Part shown: positions 48,322 to 58,780 of the stretch, one piece after another
Position numbering within the stretch: the stretch's first letter is position 1
Layout: each line of letters starts with the position of its first letter
Source: Sulfolobales archaeon
Lineage (GTDB): Archaea; Thermoproteota; Thermoprotei_A; Sulfolobales; NBVN01
Length of the DNA: 64,000 nt
Assembly: GCA_038841535.1 (NCBI GenBank)
Contig: JAWBTQ010000003.1
Coordinates: 91,174-155,173 of the forward strand
Direction of reading: 5' to 3'
Notes under the pieces: model-generated
Databases searched by the model: none
Told to the model about the DNA's origin: nothing
What the model saw: only the letters and a program-made list of their open reading frames with translations
Translations under genes and position numbers: made by a program

Positions 48322-49660
48322 CTATGCGGCCCAGGTCAAGTCCCTTGACCCGAAGCTTACCTCTCTTAAGGTCCTTTAGCATCTTGTTCACTAACTCATA
48401 GTAATCGAGAAGCTCCTTTACCTCATTGACTGTTCTACCGGACCCCATCGCTATCCTCTTCACTCTACTCCTGTCTATTATACTTGGATTATCGAGCTCT
48501 CTATACGTCATAGACTCTATTATACTGACCCACACATCTATCTTTTTCTCGCTTCCTTTAAGCATCTCATCACCTATTTTCAACATAGATAGTCCGGGTA
48601 CCAGCTCGAGAACCTTTCTTAAGGGACCTAGCTTTTTAACGGACTTTAGCTGGTAGTATATGTCCCTCATGGTCATTCTACCTAGCGTCACAGCTTTTTC
48701 AAGGCGCTTCTTGATTTCATCACTCTCTTCGATAGCTTTAAACTTTTCTAGAAGACTTTCTATATCTCCTAGTCCCAGTATCCTCGCAACGAACCTCTTA
48801 GGATTGAAGAGTTCGAAGTCCTCAAGCTTCTCCCCATCCCCTATAAACTTGATTCTAGCACCAGTAGCTACTACTGCTGAAAGAGCTCCTCCTCCACGCG
48901 CAGTACCGTCTAGTTTTGTGACTATTATGGAGCCGATGGGAGTCCTCTCGTGAAACTTTTTCGCCAAATCAAGCGCTTTTTGCCCCATTGACGCATCAAT
49001 TATGAGTACGACTTCTGAAGGCTTTATCGCATCAGCTATTTCCTTCATTTCTACGAGTAAGTCTTCTTCCTTACCGTAACCATGTCTGCCGGCAGTATCA
49101 ACTATGACTATGTCGCATAGGTAGTCATGTAGTAGCTTTTTAATGGCTTTTTTCGCTATTTCTACCGGGTCTCCCTGCCTCTCGCCGTAGAAAGGAACAC
49201 CTATGTAATCTGCTAATTGCTTAAGCTGGTCGTAAGCTGCCGGTCTGTACGTATCTGTTGTTGCTAGTCCAACTCTATATCCACGCTTCTTATAGTGAAG
49301 AGCTAGCTTGCCAGCCGTAGTTGTCTTACCACTACCTTGAACTCCCACTAGCAACACTACCCACGGAAAGCTTCTGGGAAAAGGTTCTGGTACCGTATCA
49401 CCACCTAAAAGTTTTACGAGCTCGTCGTAGACTATCTTGATAAACCACTCCTTTCTTAAAATACCTGGTGGAGGTTCTTCCTTAAGTGCTCTTTCTCTAA
49501 TCCTAGAGCTGAACTCTGAGACTACTCTAATGTTAACGTCTGCTTTAATCATTTCCTTCTGTAACTCTTTGATGAACGCTGCGACGGCCTCTTCATAGCT
49601 TTCAGAGGATCTCAGAAAAGATGATACAAGGTCTCTGACTTTACCGAAGATGCTAGACAT
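48305..49660 (-). CDS. srp54: Signal recognition particle protein SRP54
   Basis: GVQGSGKTT, DTAGRH, TKLDG, M domain RIAMGSG. Confidence 0.96.
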   Translation of the reverse strand: MSSIFGKVRDLVSSFLRSSESYEEAVAAFIKELQKEMIKADVNIRVVSEFSSRIRERALKEEPPPGILRKEWFIKIVYDELVKLLGGDTVPEPFPRSFPWVVLLVGVQGSGKTTTAGKLALHYKKRGYRVGLATTDTYRPAAYDQLKQLADYIGVPFYGERQGDPVEIAKKAIKKLLHDYLCDIVIVDTAGRHGYGKEEDLLVEMKEIADAIKPSEVVLIIDASMGQKALDLAKKFHERTPIGSIIVTKLDGTARGGGALSAVVATGARIKFIGDGEKLEDFELFNPKRFVARILGLGDIESLLEKFKAIEESDEIKKRLEKAVTLGRMTMRDIYYQLKSVKKLGPLRKVLELVPGLSMLKIGDEMLKGSEKKIDVWVSIIESMTYRELDNPSIIDRSRVKRIAMGSGRTVNEVKELLDYYELVNKMLKDLKRGKLRVKGLDLGRIGGGSD

Positions 49661-49680
49661 GCCTCCTTTCCTGAATTTCC

Positions 49681-50082
49681 TCAGGCTTTAAGTAAGCGCA
49701 TTATTTTCCTGATCCCCATGACCTCCCAGTACTCAACCTCACTACCACTTCGAATCCTACTCGCAACGTCTCCTTCTCTTGGAAGCTCTACCTCGAAAGT
49801 CTCGTAGGTTTCTAAGTCCATTAGTTGGACTCTATCTCCTAGAATAGCTATAACCTGAGCGGTTTTCTTAGCAACTATGGGAACCTCCACTCTCTGATCG
49901 ACGGGAGCAACTAAAGTTTTTCTAGTACCGCTAAATATGCCTATAGCAACTACGTGAGCTTTAGCACTACCATGCTTGCCTGTCTTCGCTCTTGTCATCT
50001 CGACTATTCTACAAGGCTCTCCGTCTATGACTATGTAGCTACCCTCCTTAAGGTCGCCGAGCTCAGCATACTCGACACTCAA
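49681..50082 (-). CDS. eif5a: Translation factor aIF5A
   Basis: KTGKHGSAK hypusine motif. Confidence 0.96.
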   Translation of the reverse strand: MSVEYAELGDLKEGSYIVIDGEPCRIVEMTRAKTGKHGSAKAHVVAIGIFSGTRKTLVAPVDQRVEVPIVAKKTAQVIAILGDRVQLMDLETYETFEVELPREGDVASRIRSGSEVEYWEVMGIRKIMRLLKA

Positions 50083-50148
50083 CTAAATCACCTCAACTAT
50101 GTACCTTTACAAAGCTTTAAAAGCCTCACTAGTTTTATAGTAGACGGT

Positions 50149-50223
50149 GCCGCGGTAGTATAGCCCGGCCTAGTATGCGGGCCTGTCGAGCCCGTGACCC
50201 GGGTTCAAATCCCGGCCGCGGCG
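50149..50223 (+). tRNA. tRNA-Asp(GTC)
   Basis: GCCGCGG acceptor, CGGGC-CTGTCGA-GCCCG anticodon arm, G73; intact, no intron. Confidence 0.96.
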
Positions 50224-50589
50224 CTCGAGTTCTTCTAGGTATTCATAGCCACTTCAAGTTGCTAATCGCTAGTTCTATCCTTGAGACTCTATTCCCGGAT
50301 TTAGATACATACTTTAGAGAAGCTTGAGCTAGTGACTCAATCTATAGCCGCAGCGTACTACTAAAGCCAGCGTGGTCTTGTGCGAGGCTGAAATAAGCTA
50401 GAGTAAAGATGAGAGTTAAGGTAATGGCATGAGCTACTGCAACCTTATTTTGAAATAAAATATAATCATTTCATTAAATTATTTTACATAAAAAACATAT
50501 TTCTATTGAAATAAAGTAAATGAGTTATAAGGGGTGTGGGTATGGGGGGATATGCTTATATTTACTGTCAGGAGAACCAGATTTGGGAG

Positions 50590-50952
50590 ATGCAGGAAGT
50601 CAGGTACATAGTCTATGGGAAGCACGTCTATGGCAGCTTGTACGAGTGTAGATACGAGCTACTGGCTGATCCAGAGTTTCTTAAGAACATAGTTATTGAG
50701 GCAGCTAAAATAGGTAATATGACGTTGCTTGACATTAAGGTTTGGCACATAAGTCCAGGAGTTAGCGTAGTAGCTGTAATTCTGGAGTCGCACATAGCTG
50801 TACACACATGGCCCGAATACGGTTTTGCCACTGTAGATGTCTATTCCTGCGGGAAGCATTCGAAGCCTGAAGAGGCCTTTAAGCACATAGTCCGGGCTCT
50901 CAACCCAAAGCGGTTTGAGTATACTGTAGCAGATAGGTCCTACCTAGAGTAG
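50590..50952 (+). CDS. speH: Pyruvoyl-dependent S-adenosylmethionine decarboxylase proenzyme
   Basis: ILE|[11 protein letters not shown] self-cleavage site, DVYSCG; looks closer to crenarchaeal AdoMetDC than to the ArgDC paralog (from memory); likely start ATG 50590. Confidence 0.8.
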   Translation: MQEVRYIVYGKHVYGSLYECRYELLADPEFLKNIVIEAAKIGNMTLLDIKVWHISPGVSVVAVILESHIAVHTWPEYGFATVDVYSCGKHSKPEEAFKHIVRALNPKRFEYTVADRSYLE

Positions 50953-50985
50953 ACTAGAATAGCAGCAGACGTGAGAGCTCTATAT

Positions 50986-51936
50986 TCATAAGAGTAGAGA
51001 TAATAGCAATGCGAGTATTCCAGTTATTATTGCGATCTTCAGAGCAGACCTCACTTTAATTGCTGTTGAAATAATGTTGGTGCTCCTGATCATCTTTAAG
51101 GCCGACGTCACCACTATTACTACCGTAAATGTAGCTAGGGGGATGTATACTGAGGCGTTGTAATGCTCCGAGAAAAGAGGGAGTACGGAGAGCATGGGGA
51201 CTGTAAGCAGGATTGCCGAGGCTACTAGAGCAGACCTCTTTAAACCGATTGTTCGAGGGAGAGACCTTACTTTACGTACAGAGTCCGCGTAGTAGTCCTC
51301 GACGGTCTTGACTATTTCTCTTCCTAAGAGTAAGGTGAAAGCTATCGCCATAGGGGCTATAGCAGAAGTCAGGGCCCCGTACTCTCTCACCCGGGCGCAC
51401 ACCACTAGGGATCCGTAAAAAATAGATGCACTGCCCTCGAAACTAACAACAATATTTCCCACGATCCCCCACTCTTTTATTTTTGCTGAGTAGCCGTACA
51501 CTAAGAGAGAGTTCAGCAACACGAAAACAAACGACACGATGCCGAACTCTATTGAGAGAGCGATACCTATGAAGCCTAGAACTAAAGAGAAGTAGAAAAC
51601 CTCTCTAAGACTAACTCTCCCGGAGGGTATAGGTCTGTAGGGTTTGTTAACTAGGTCTACCCTATAGTCAAAGTAGTCATTAATAACATACCCTCCTGCT
51701 GAGACAAACGCTACAACAGCGCTAGCTACCACTACCTCAAAAGCGTACAAAGGTCTCCCTAAAGCTCTTGAGGTAGTGAGCATGCCTAAGACAACGCATA
51801 GAACTGCTGCTACTACGTTATGAAGGCGGACCAGTTCTAGGTACGCCAAAAGCTTGTTCCTAAAGCTACTAGTAGACTTACGGTAGGTCGCTACTCCCGG
51901 CTCGCTCTTCTTAAGCAAAGTTATCAACACGAACAC
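50986..51936 (-). CDS. UbiA-family prenyltransferase (probable DGGGP synthase)
   Basis: INDYFDYRVDLVNKPYRPIPSG, REIVKTVED; start uncertain. Confidence 0.85.
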   Translation of the reverse strand: MFVLITLLKKSEPGVATYRKSTSSFRNKLLAYLELVRLHNVVAAVLCVVLGMLTTSRALGRPLYAFEVVVASAVVAFVSAGGYVINDYFDYRVDLVNKPYRPIPSGRVSLREVFYFSLVLGFIGIALSIEFGIVSFVFVLLNSLLVYGYSAKIKEWGIVGNIVVSFEGSASIFYGSLVVCARVREYGALTSAIAPMAIAFTLLLGREIVKTVEDYYADSVRKVRSLPRTIGLKRSALVASAILLTVPMLSVLPLFSEHYNASVYIPLATFTVVIVVTSALKMIRSTNIISTAIKVRSALKIAIITGILALLLSLLL

Positions 51937-52135
51937 CTCGAAACCATTTCCGCCAACTCACTCACGGTTTTCGTATTATTCAAGCGTGGCGGCACACTAT
52001 ATTCTGCAGACCTCAGCTTATTAACCACCTCTGACTACCCCGACTTATTAACGTCCTCGTACCCATCTACATTCGTAGTTAAAACGTTTATCAACTTCTC
52101 TCTTTCTGCGCCTTTTTATGTTCAGGTACAGAAGC

Positions 52136-54130
52136 TTATTTGAGGAAGACCAGTTCCCCAGTGCTATTAAGTACTTTATAGCCTGGGTACTTCGCTGTTA
52201 GTTGCCTAAATTCACTAGACCTCAAGTAGTTAATTAAGTACTTCACTCCCGGCATCTCGAGGGAGTTTACACTTACCGCAACATCGAATCTTTCATACGC
52301 TATAGGCATGAAGTCCAAGCCGTATCTCTGAGCAACATATCTTAGTGTCAAGCCTACATCCGCTCTACCAGTTAGTATGCTTATTGCTACACCACTATGT
52401 GTTTTAGCCTCTGAGTGGTACCCCTTTATTTTATTTACTAGCTCATCAAACGATATCCCCAGCTCTACAGCTAGATCCTGCAGGACCGCATCAATCAGTA
52501 CTCTAGTACCGCTGTACCTGCTTCTATTTATAAAGATAACGTCATCTCGAAGTAAATCTCGAAGACTTTTAACGTTCTTCGGATTGCCCTTAAGTGTTAC
52601 AAGACCTACTTCTCTCGCATATCCTAAGACAAGAGCGACTCTACCTCCATAGCCGAGTCTCCTAATAGCTTCTTCATTATATGTCCCCGTATCGCGGTCA
52701 AGAATGTGCACGCCAGCTACATCAGCCACTCCTTTAGCCACTGCGTCAAGACCTACGAGAGAACCTGTTGCCACGTATTTGACTGTGAACTCGCGGCTTA
52801 ATGCCTTAAGTACATCAGCAAAGAGGTAATCGTGACTACCTATCGCTAGTACGTCCACTATCTTGCGGTTATTTAACCTATAAACCACGACACTAGCTCC
52901 ACTTTCGATGTAGGGTATTCCTGCCTGAACTCTTATAAAACCATCTGCTAACTGTAGAGTGTTTATCGAACCCGAGCGGTAGCTTACCGGAAAGGCTAGC
53001 ATTCCTTTAGGTCCTCGTCTAAGTATTACCGGGACTAACCTATCGACACCTAAATAACCAATCACTCTCTCTGCTAACATAGCTTCTTCGGTGTACGTGA
53101 TGTAGCTTCCGCGAAGTCCTAAAATCCTCGCTATCGCGGGTTTCACGAGGATATTAAATATCATCATCATAGATAGAGGAAAGCCGGGGAGTCCGAACAA
53201 GAGCTTATCTCCAATTAAGGCAATAAAGGTGGGTTTACCCGGTCTAATCTTTAAACCATGGGCGATTATACCCGGCTTACCAAGCTCATCTACCACTCTG
53301 TACGTAACATCGCTTATACCTGCCGAAGTACCTCCACTAGTAATTACCACATCGCACTCACTAATAGCCTTACGTAAGACATCTCTCAACCGATCTTCGC
53401 TATCCTCTACAACACCATAAAAAACTACTTCAGTACCTAATTCTCTGAGAGCTGCTTCCAGATAGTACGAATTAACGTCATAAACCTCTCCAGGCTTCAA
53501 GTACTTACCGGGCTCTACAAGCTCGCTACCTATAGACACTAAACCGATCCTAGTCCTTTTGTAGACCTTTACCTTTGATACCCCGACTCCAGCGAGAGTT
53601 GCTATCTCAGCCGAACCTAGTAAAGTACCTTCAAGAGCTGCTATATCACCGGAGAGCACGTCGCTTCCACCATAAGCTAAGTTTTCTCCGGGAGCGACGC
53701 TACGGTATACATAGATATATTCCCCAACTTTTTTCGTATATTCGACTGGAACTACGGCATCGGCTCCCCGGGGTACCATAGCTCCAGTAGAGACTTCAAC
53801 GCATGTGCTCGGTTCTACAGAGTACCTAGGTTGTTCACCTACACCTACCGAACCCAAGACCTTTAATCTCACTGGGTTATCTTCGTCTACTCCCTCGAGG
53901 TCCGACGAGCGTACAGCAAATCCATCTACTTCAGATCTGTCGAAGGGTGGGTAATCAGTGACGGCGAGGATGTCTTCAGCTAGCACGCGGGCCAAGGCAT
54001 GGCGTAAGTCTACTTCTTCGATAATTAGTTGCCTCGACTTTAGGTAGCCGTCTAACTCCCTCAAAGCTTCATCTACGGTAATCAGTTTACGGAACACCTT
54101 AGCCGCCGAGGTAGCATCCCTAGAAGACAT
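52136..54130 (-). CDS. moeA: Molybdopterin biosynthesis MoeA fused to a periplasmic-binding-like domain
   Basis: PPFDRSEVDG, TSGGTSAG, PGKP, GLPGFP; C-terminal GSHD, INR..SGTR. Confidence 0.9.
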   Translation of the reverse strand: MSSRDATSAAKVFRKLITVDEALRELDGYLKSRQLIIEEVDLRHALARVLAEDILAVTDYPPFDRSEVDGFAVRSSDLEGVDEDNPVRLKVLGSVGVGEQPRYSVEPSTCVEVSTGAMVPRGADAVVPVEYTKKVGEYIYVYRSVAPGENLAYGGSDVLSGDIAALEGTLLGSAEIATLAGVGVSKVKVYKRTRIGLVSIGSELVEPGKYLKPGEVYDVNSYYLEAALRELGTEVVFYGVVEDSEDRLRDVLRKAISECDVVITSGGTSAGISDVTYRVVDELGKPGIIAHGLKIRPGKPTFIALIGDKLLFGLPGFPLSMMMIFNILVKPAIARILGLRGSYITYTEEAMLAERVIGYLGVDRLVPVILRRGPKGMLAFPVSYRSGSINTLQLADGFIRVQAGIPYIESGASVVVYRLNNRKIVDVLAIGSHDYLFADVLKALSREFTVKYVATGSLVGLDAVAKGVADVAGVHILDRDTGTYNEEAIRRLGYGGRVALVLGYAREVGLVTLKGNPKNVKSLRDLLRDDVIFINRSRYSGTRVLIDAVLQDLAVELGISFDELVNKIKGYHSEAKTHSGVAISILTGRADVGLTLRYVAQRYGLDFMPIAYERFDVAVSVNSLEMPGVKYLINYLRSSEFRQLTAKYPGYKVLNSTGELVFLK

Positions 54131-54309
54131 ACACTGCTATCAAAAAAGTTGGCTCACGTTCTACGGTTTCTCTAGAACTCTTAAACTCAGCAGATAGCCA
54201 GTGGTATTGTGTGGGAGTTAACTCTCTTGAGGTTATTGAGTGCTCGCAGGTATATAAGCACACCATAGGTAAGGAAACTCTTTTATATGGCATACTGGAT
54301 GTAGTTTAG

Positions 54310-55386
54310 GTGAGCTATGTGAGAGTAGCGGACAATGTGTACGTGAAATCGGTCTTCGCTGTCCTACTCTTTGCGATGATGTTGCTTAGTATATGCGATT
54401 GTTTCAAGTTAGCTTTTGCTGTTTCCGGATCTTCAGAAGTAAGTTACGAGGATCCAGATAACGACTCTTATGGTCCAGGTGACTATGTCTACAGCTCAGC
54501 TTTCTACGATGCTTATAGAGCTGAGTACTTCGACTTAAGGAGGTTCTCAGCTAAACTTGATGGTGGCATAATTAAGCTGACCTTGAGCTTTACTAACTTG
54601 AGTAACCCACTTCGGTCACCTCTGGGGTTTTCACCTCAGATAGTACACGTTTATATTGTGGGGGCATGTGATAACGGTCGAACCGATACGCTAGGTCTCA
54701 ACGTCAGGCTTAGGGCTATTGATGCGTGGTGTGCTTGTGTAGTTGTTGCCCCGAATCTCGGTGACTATGTATCTAGTGTTGTGTACGTTGACGGGAGAAC
54801 TCAAGCAGTGGACAGGGTTTACGTCTTGAACAACTCCATTGTCGTCGAGATTCCTACTACTATAATAGCTGAAGCAGTTGATAACATAAACGTAACGGCC
54901 TGGAGGTACTTCATAGCTGTGTCAGCGTACGATCCTTCCTCGAGGGATAAGCTCGTAAGAATTGGGGCCATCGGATCGGATGCTCCAGTAATATATAATA
55001 AAACGGTTGATGAGCTAAACCTGAGGTATATACCGAGGGTCTTAGATATCCTAGCTGAATCCATCGAAGACCAGCTACTCACACTAAACACGTATTCTAC
55101 TACACACGGTGATATAGCTACCGTCGCTGCCTATCCTTATGTTAAAGGCACTGTTTTACCCTCTAAGCCCGTAATTGAGGTTGTAACTATTACTACTACT
55201 AGAGCTATAACGGAGACCTACGTCAAAGCCTACTACTTACCTGGGGTAACAACTACAGTGACGGAGTACGTTCAAGTACCTAAATACGGAGTGGAGCTAT
55301 ACTCTCTAGCACTAATATCTGTCGCACTCGTAGTAATTCTAGCAGCAACCTTAAGTAAGAGGAAGTTTCTCAGCAAGCTAAGTTAG
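54310..55386 (+). CDS. Surface-anchored glucodextranase DOMON-like domain protein
   Basis: Signal peptide, DPDNDSYGPGDYVY, NPLRSPLGFSPQIVHVYI, Thr-rich linker, C-terminal TM plus KRK. Confidence 0.72.
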   Translation: MSYVRVADNVYVKSVFAVLLFAMMLLSICDCFKLAFAVSGSSEVSYEDPDNDSYGPGDYVYSSAFYDAYRAEYFDLRRFSAKLDGGIIKLTLSFTNLSNPLRSPLGFSPQIVHVYIVGACDNGRTDTLGLNVRLRAIDAWCACVVVAPNLGDYVSSVVYVDGRTQAVDRVYVLNNSIVVEIPTTIIAEAVDNINVTAWRYFIAVSAYDPSSRDKLVRIGAIGSDAPVIYNKTVDELNLRYIPRVLDILAESIEDQLLTLNTYSTTHGDIATVAAYPYVKGTVLPSKPVIEVVTITTTRAITETYVKAYYLPGVTTTVTEYVQVPKYGVELYSLALISVALVVILAATLSKRKFLSKLS

Positions 55387-55668
55387 TATAGGAGACCTGT
55401 CCCCGAACGAGCTCGTGAATGTCTACCTTACACCCATCTTCTAACACCTAACTAAATTCCCACTCGGTTTGAGGTATCTAGGTAAATTCGTATAGTGGTC
55501 GCTAGTGTCCACTAGTCCACTAATGCCGTAAGCATTTATTGGAGCTATGAAGAACCTAAATACTACCTAAGGTCGCTGAACACGCTTTTCATAGCTAATA
55601 AAAAGTGACTCTAGAGGGATAATGAGTTGCTTATATATCTTAGTGGGCTCGTTTACTGTTGAGGAGAT

Positions 55669-56115
55669 ATGAGCGCTTCAGATCAAAATGTGGGGGATCC
55701 GGTAGGTAGTGAGGAGACCCGCTATTCTCAGGCTTCAGGGTATCTAGAAGTTAAAGGTAGAGTAACCGAGGTTACTAAATCTCACATACCTAACGTAACT
55801 GTGTACTCTATTGACTGCGGTGACATAAAAGTAAGGTTTGACGTACAGAGCAAGCTCGTGAGGCTTAAGTCCGGCGATGAAGTAGTAGTAACTATCAGTA
55901 AGCACACGCCTAATTACGAAAGAGGCGTCGATTTCGTAGCGTGGGGGTACGTTATAAGTTTAAAACAAGGTGAAACTCTCTTCAAGATGATCATATCTCT
56001 TTGGGGCTATATAGCTATTGTAGAAGCCAATAAGCAAGAGTTTCTCTCAGGGTTTAGCTTTATGGATAAGGTCTATTTCAAGATATCTAAACTAGGTACT
56101 TCAGTAAGTACCTAG
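55669..56115 (+). CDS. rpoG: DNA-directed RNA polymerase subunit Rpo8 (RpoG)
   Basis: OB-fold pattern GDEVVVTISK, DFVAWGYV, IISLWGY; next to the TFE cluster. Confidence 0.72.
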   Translation: MSASDQNVGDPVGSEETRYSQASGYLEVKGRVTEVTKSHIPNVTVYSIDCGDIKVRFDVQSKLVRLKSGDEVVVTISKHTPNYERGVDFVAWGYVISLKQGETLFKMIISLWGYIAIVEANKQEFLSGFSFMDKVYFKISKLGTSVST

Positions 56116-57055
56116 CCATAACACCCGATAGAACTGGAGGAACGGACTCACCAACTTGATTGTACTGTTCTTCTTTACCTCCCACGAAGACGTGGTCATC
56201 GGGGTAGCTCATAAGCCTGGCCTGCTCCCTTACGGTAAGTAGCCGCGGTTCGTATGGATGTATAAACCTGGAGGAACCCATAACTGTTGGAGCTATTCTG
56301 TGTGGGTCTAGTTTTACTAGGTTCGGAAAAAGACGCCCACCACAACCTCGGTACTTCACTAATGCCGCCCCAGACCTGAGCTTCACAGCTCTCTTAAGCT
56401 TTCTAGCACTCAATGAGGGAGGTGGTTCGTGATTCGGTATGTCGGGATCTTGGGATGGGCTAGGCAGGTCTCCTATGGCGTCCCACACGGTCATCCTCTT
56501 ACTAACTCTTGGTGGGTCTATTCTGATATTAGATATGAAAACACGAGTTCTCCTTGACGGTACCCCGAAGTCTTCTGCTCTTAGAATATTATAGAATACT
56601 GTCCCATACCCAGCTTTAGCGAACTCTGTTTTTATGGCCTGCTTAAGCTCTCCTTCAATGATACCAGGCACGTTCTCCATAATGAAAATCCTCGGCTTAA
56701 CGCACTCAACTACCCTGACGTACTCTAGGACAAGAGAGCCTGTGGGATCTGAGTACAGTCTATCTATAGGACTACGTGATCGCCGTGGATTGGCTGCTGT
56801 AAACGGTTCGCACGGTGGGGAACCTATTACGACATCGACACGAGCCCTATTGATGATGTACATGATGTCATCGCAAGATACTTCTCTAATATCTTCGCTA
56901 AGAACTATCGTTCTAGGGAAGTTAGCACTATAAGTTCTAGAGACAGTTTTATCGTTATCTACTGCTAGAAGTACCCTATAACCTTCATCTTTGAAGCCTC
57001 GTGAGAACCCGCCAGCTCCTGAGAATAGATCAAGCAGAAACAGACCTGCGCTCAT
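56087..57055 (-). CDS. C5-cytosine methyltransferase (orphan)
   Basis: DLFSGAGG, GSPPCEPF, ENV, RTRVF, REQARLMSYPD, QVGESVPP. Confidence 0.9.
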   Translation of the reverse strand: MSAGLFLLDLFSGAGGFSRGFKDEGYRVLLAVDNDKTVSRTYSANFPRTIVLSEDIREVSCDDIMYIINRARVDVVIGSPPCEPFTAANPRRSRSPIDRLYSDPTGSLVLEYVRVVECVKPRIFIMENVPGIIEGELKQAIKTEFAKAGYGTVFYNILRAEDFGVPSRRTRVFISNIRIDPPRVSKRMTVWDAIGDLPSPSQDPDIPNHEPPPSLSARKLKRAVKLRSGAALVKYRGCGGRLFPNLVKLDPHRIAPTVMGSSRFIHPYEPRLLTVREQARLMSYPDDHVFVGGKEEQYNQVGESVPPVLSGVMARYLLKYLV

Positions 57056-57557
57056 CCTCTATCTCTCTGCTCAGCTTTTCAACTAGTCGCTTGAGAGAGT
57101 CTACGTAAGGGTTCTTATCTTCTTGAACAAGCAGCGAAGAACATTTGGGGCACCTGAAGTCCGACTCCATAGCCTCATCGAAGGACACCCTAATACCGTC
57201 GTTTAGGCAGAGAAAGAATATGGTCCTCATCTCGTGGTCCAGTCTCGCTTTCAGCTTCTCTAAAGTCATTCTCTTCCGGTTTAAAAGCACTTGGTTAAGC
57301 CCATAAGAGTTCACAAACCAGTAGTAGATGAACCTACCGTCTTCAGGTGATTGAACTCTCCTATATACCACTAAGCCCAAGTCATTAAGCTCGTAAAGTA
57401 CTCTCCTCACTGTTTGCTCATCTAGATCTGTCTTAGCTATAATGTCGCTGTAACTCAGTTCTTTATCACTATCAAGCAGAACCTGAAATACCTTCATGCC
57501 CTCACTACCTAGGTAGCTCTCGATGAACTTCAACAAACCCTCAACGTAGTTAGTCAC
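57030..57557 (-). CDS. tfe: Transcription factor E alpha
   Basis: wHTH VRRVLYEL...YYW; Zn ribbon FDEAMESDFRCPKC. Confidence 0.92.
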   Translation of the reverse strand: MTNYVEGLLKFIESYLGSEGMKVFQVLLDSDKELSYSDIIAKTDLDEQTVRRVLYELNDLGLVVYRRVQSPEDGRFIYYWFVNSYGLNQVLLNRKRMTLEKLKARLDHEMRTIFFLCLNDGIRVSFDEAMESDFRCPKCSSLLVQEDKNPYVDSLKRLVEKLSREIEDERRSVSA

Positions 57558-58086
57558 GAACTATCACCTTCTTCTCTCGTGGACTTGGCTCTATGTATAA
57601 TTTAGCATCAGAGTAGATAAGTTTTAGCTCTTTCCCGGAATAGAGCCTGTCTAAAAATATCGCTAAAGCAGCTATCTCAGAGTGTGGCTGATGCCCTACA
57701 GCTACGTTATAGTCTGATAGCTCATAATACACTCGAGGAACTTTTGCGGCACCTACTATAACTAGGATGTCTTTATTCAGTGACTTAATAGTATCTATCA
57801 CATCATCAATGTGGAGACCGTACATAGTCAAGTGCACGACCAGCCCATTAGAATCCTTCCAGATCTTTATGTAGTCTAGCGGGTTAATACTATCCATAAC
57901 CATGAAATCCCTACGGCCCCAGACTTCACACACTCTCCTCAACCTTTTAATGATGTCTTCATCCTTGACGCCAGCTATAACCATCCCAGAGGCTCCAAAA
58001 GCTCTAGCTACAAGTCCCACATGAGTTGTAACTCTCTTATCTCTCCCGGGTCTGTGTCCTAGCCTGAGCACTACTACTCGGGGCAT
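57550..58086 (-). CDS. trm56: tRNA (cytidine56-2'-O)-methyltransferase aTrm56
   Basis: RLGHRPGRDKRVTTHV, HLTMYG, QPHSEIAALA. Confidence 0.94.
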   Translation of the reverse strand: MPRVVVLRLGHRPGRDKRVTTHVGLVARAFGASGMVIAGVKDEDIIKRLRRVCEVWGRRDFMVMDSINPLDYIKIWKDSNGLVVHLTMYGLHIDDVIDTIKSLNKDILVIVGAAKVPRVYYELSDYNVAVGHQPHSEIAALAIFLDRLYSGKELKLIYSDAKLYIEPSPREKKVIVRD

Positions 58087-58192
58087 CGAGTAAGATATAG
58101 ATTACATAACTTAATTCACTAATAAGTAGCTACCAAGGGCTGAGGCGCAACTAGCTCTAAGTCAACCTAGTAGCGATTTAGGGTAGAGACTA

Positions 58193-58780
58193 TTACGGCT
58201 TGAACCATCTTAGAACTACGTAGTTTATTTCCCCGTTCTTTTGGTTAGGCACTGCTAGCAACAGGGTCTTTCTGACGCTGTGCGATATTCTCCCCCAGCC
58301 AACTACGTCTCCAGGATCTAGTAGCTGATTCTCGGAAACTACCTTTACTAAGAATGGTGCGTGCTCTAGACCGGGTCTTGTTCTATAGACAGCAAAGTCC
58401 GCACCGTACTTAAGTGCGGATCGAACAGTAAACCCCTGAGACCTGATGTCTTCGTATACTGCATAAAGCTCTTCGAAGTTACTAAATGCTTGACTAACTA
58501 TTTTCTGGAGTTCTTCCTTATCGACCTCCGCATCTCCGGAATACACCTTTAAAATTCCCTCTCTTAACAAAAATATAGCTTCTAGTAGAGAAAGTTCTAG
58601 GGGTACCTCTATGTTCGTATCCTTAGGTTTTCTCACGCCTACAGGTTTGCCGTAGAACCCGTGCGTGAATAAACACCTAGCCTTCTCTACATCAAAAACA
58701 ACTATCTTTGAACCTATTAAGTATCCACTAACAGGTCCACACGACTTGAGCTCACTTAAACGATGAGAGGAACCAGATAT
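58193..58780 (-). CDS. endA: tRNA-splicing endonuclease catalytic (alpha) subunit
   Basis: Catalytic Tyr/His/Lys in KYGADF, EHAPF, SVRK. In-frame N-terminal GYLIGSKIVVFD...GFYGKPVG lies upstream of the tracked GTG 58636; start inferred at ATA 58780. Confidence 0.85.
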   Translation of the reverse strand: MSGSSHRLSELKSCGPVSGYLIGSKIVVFDVEKARCLFTHGFYGKPVGVRKPKDTNIEVPLELSLLEAIFLLREGILKVYSGDAEVDKEELQKIVSQAFSNFEELYAVYEDIRSQGFTVRSALKYGADFAVYRTRPGLEHAPFLVKVVSENQLLDPGDVVGWGRISHSVRKTLLLAVPNQKNGEINYVVLRWFKP

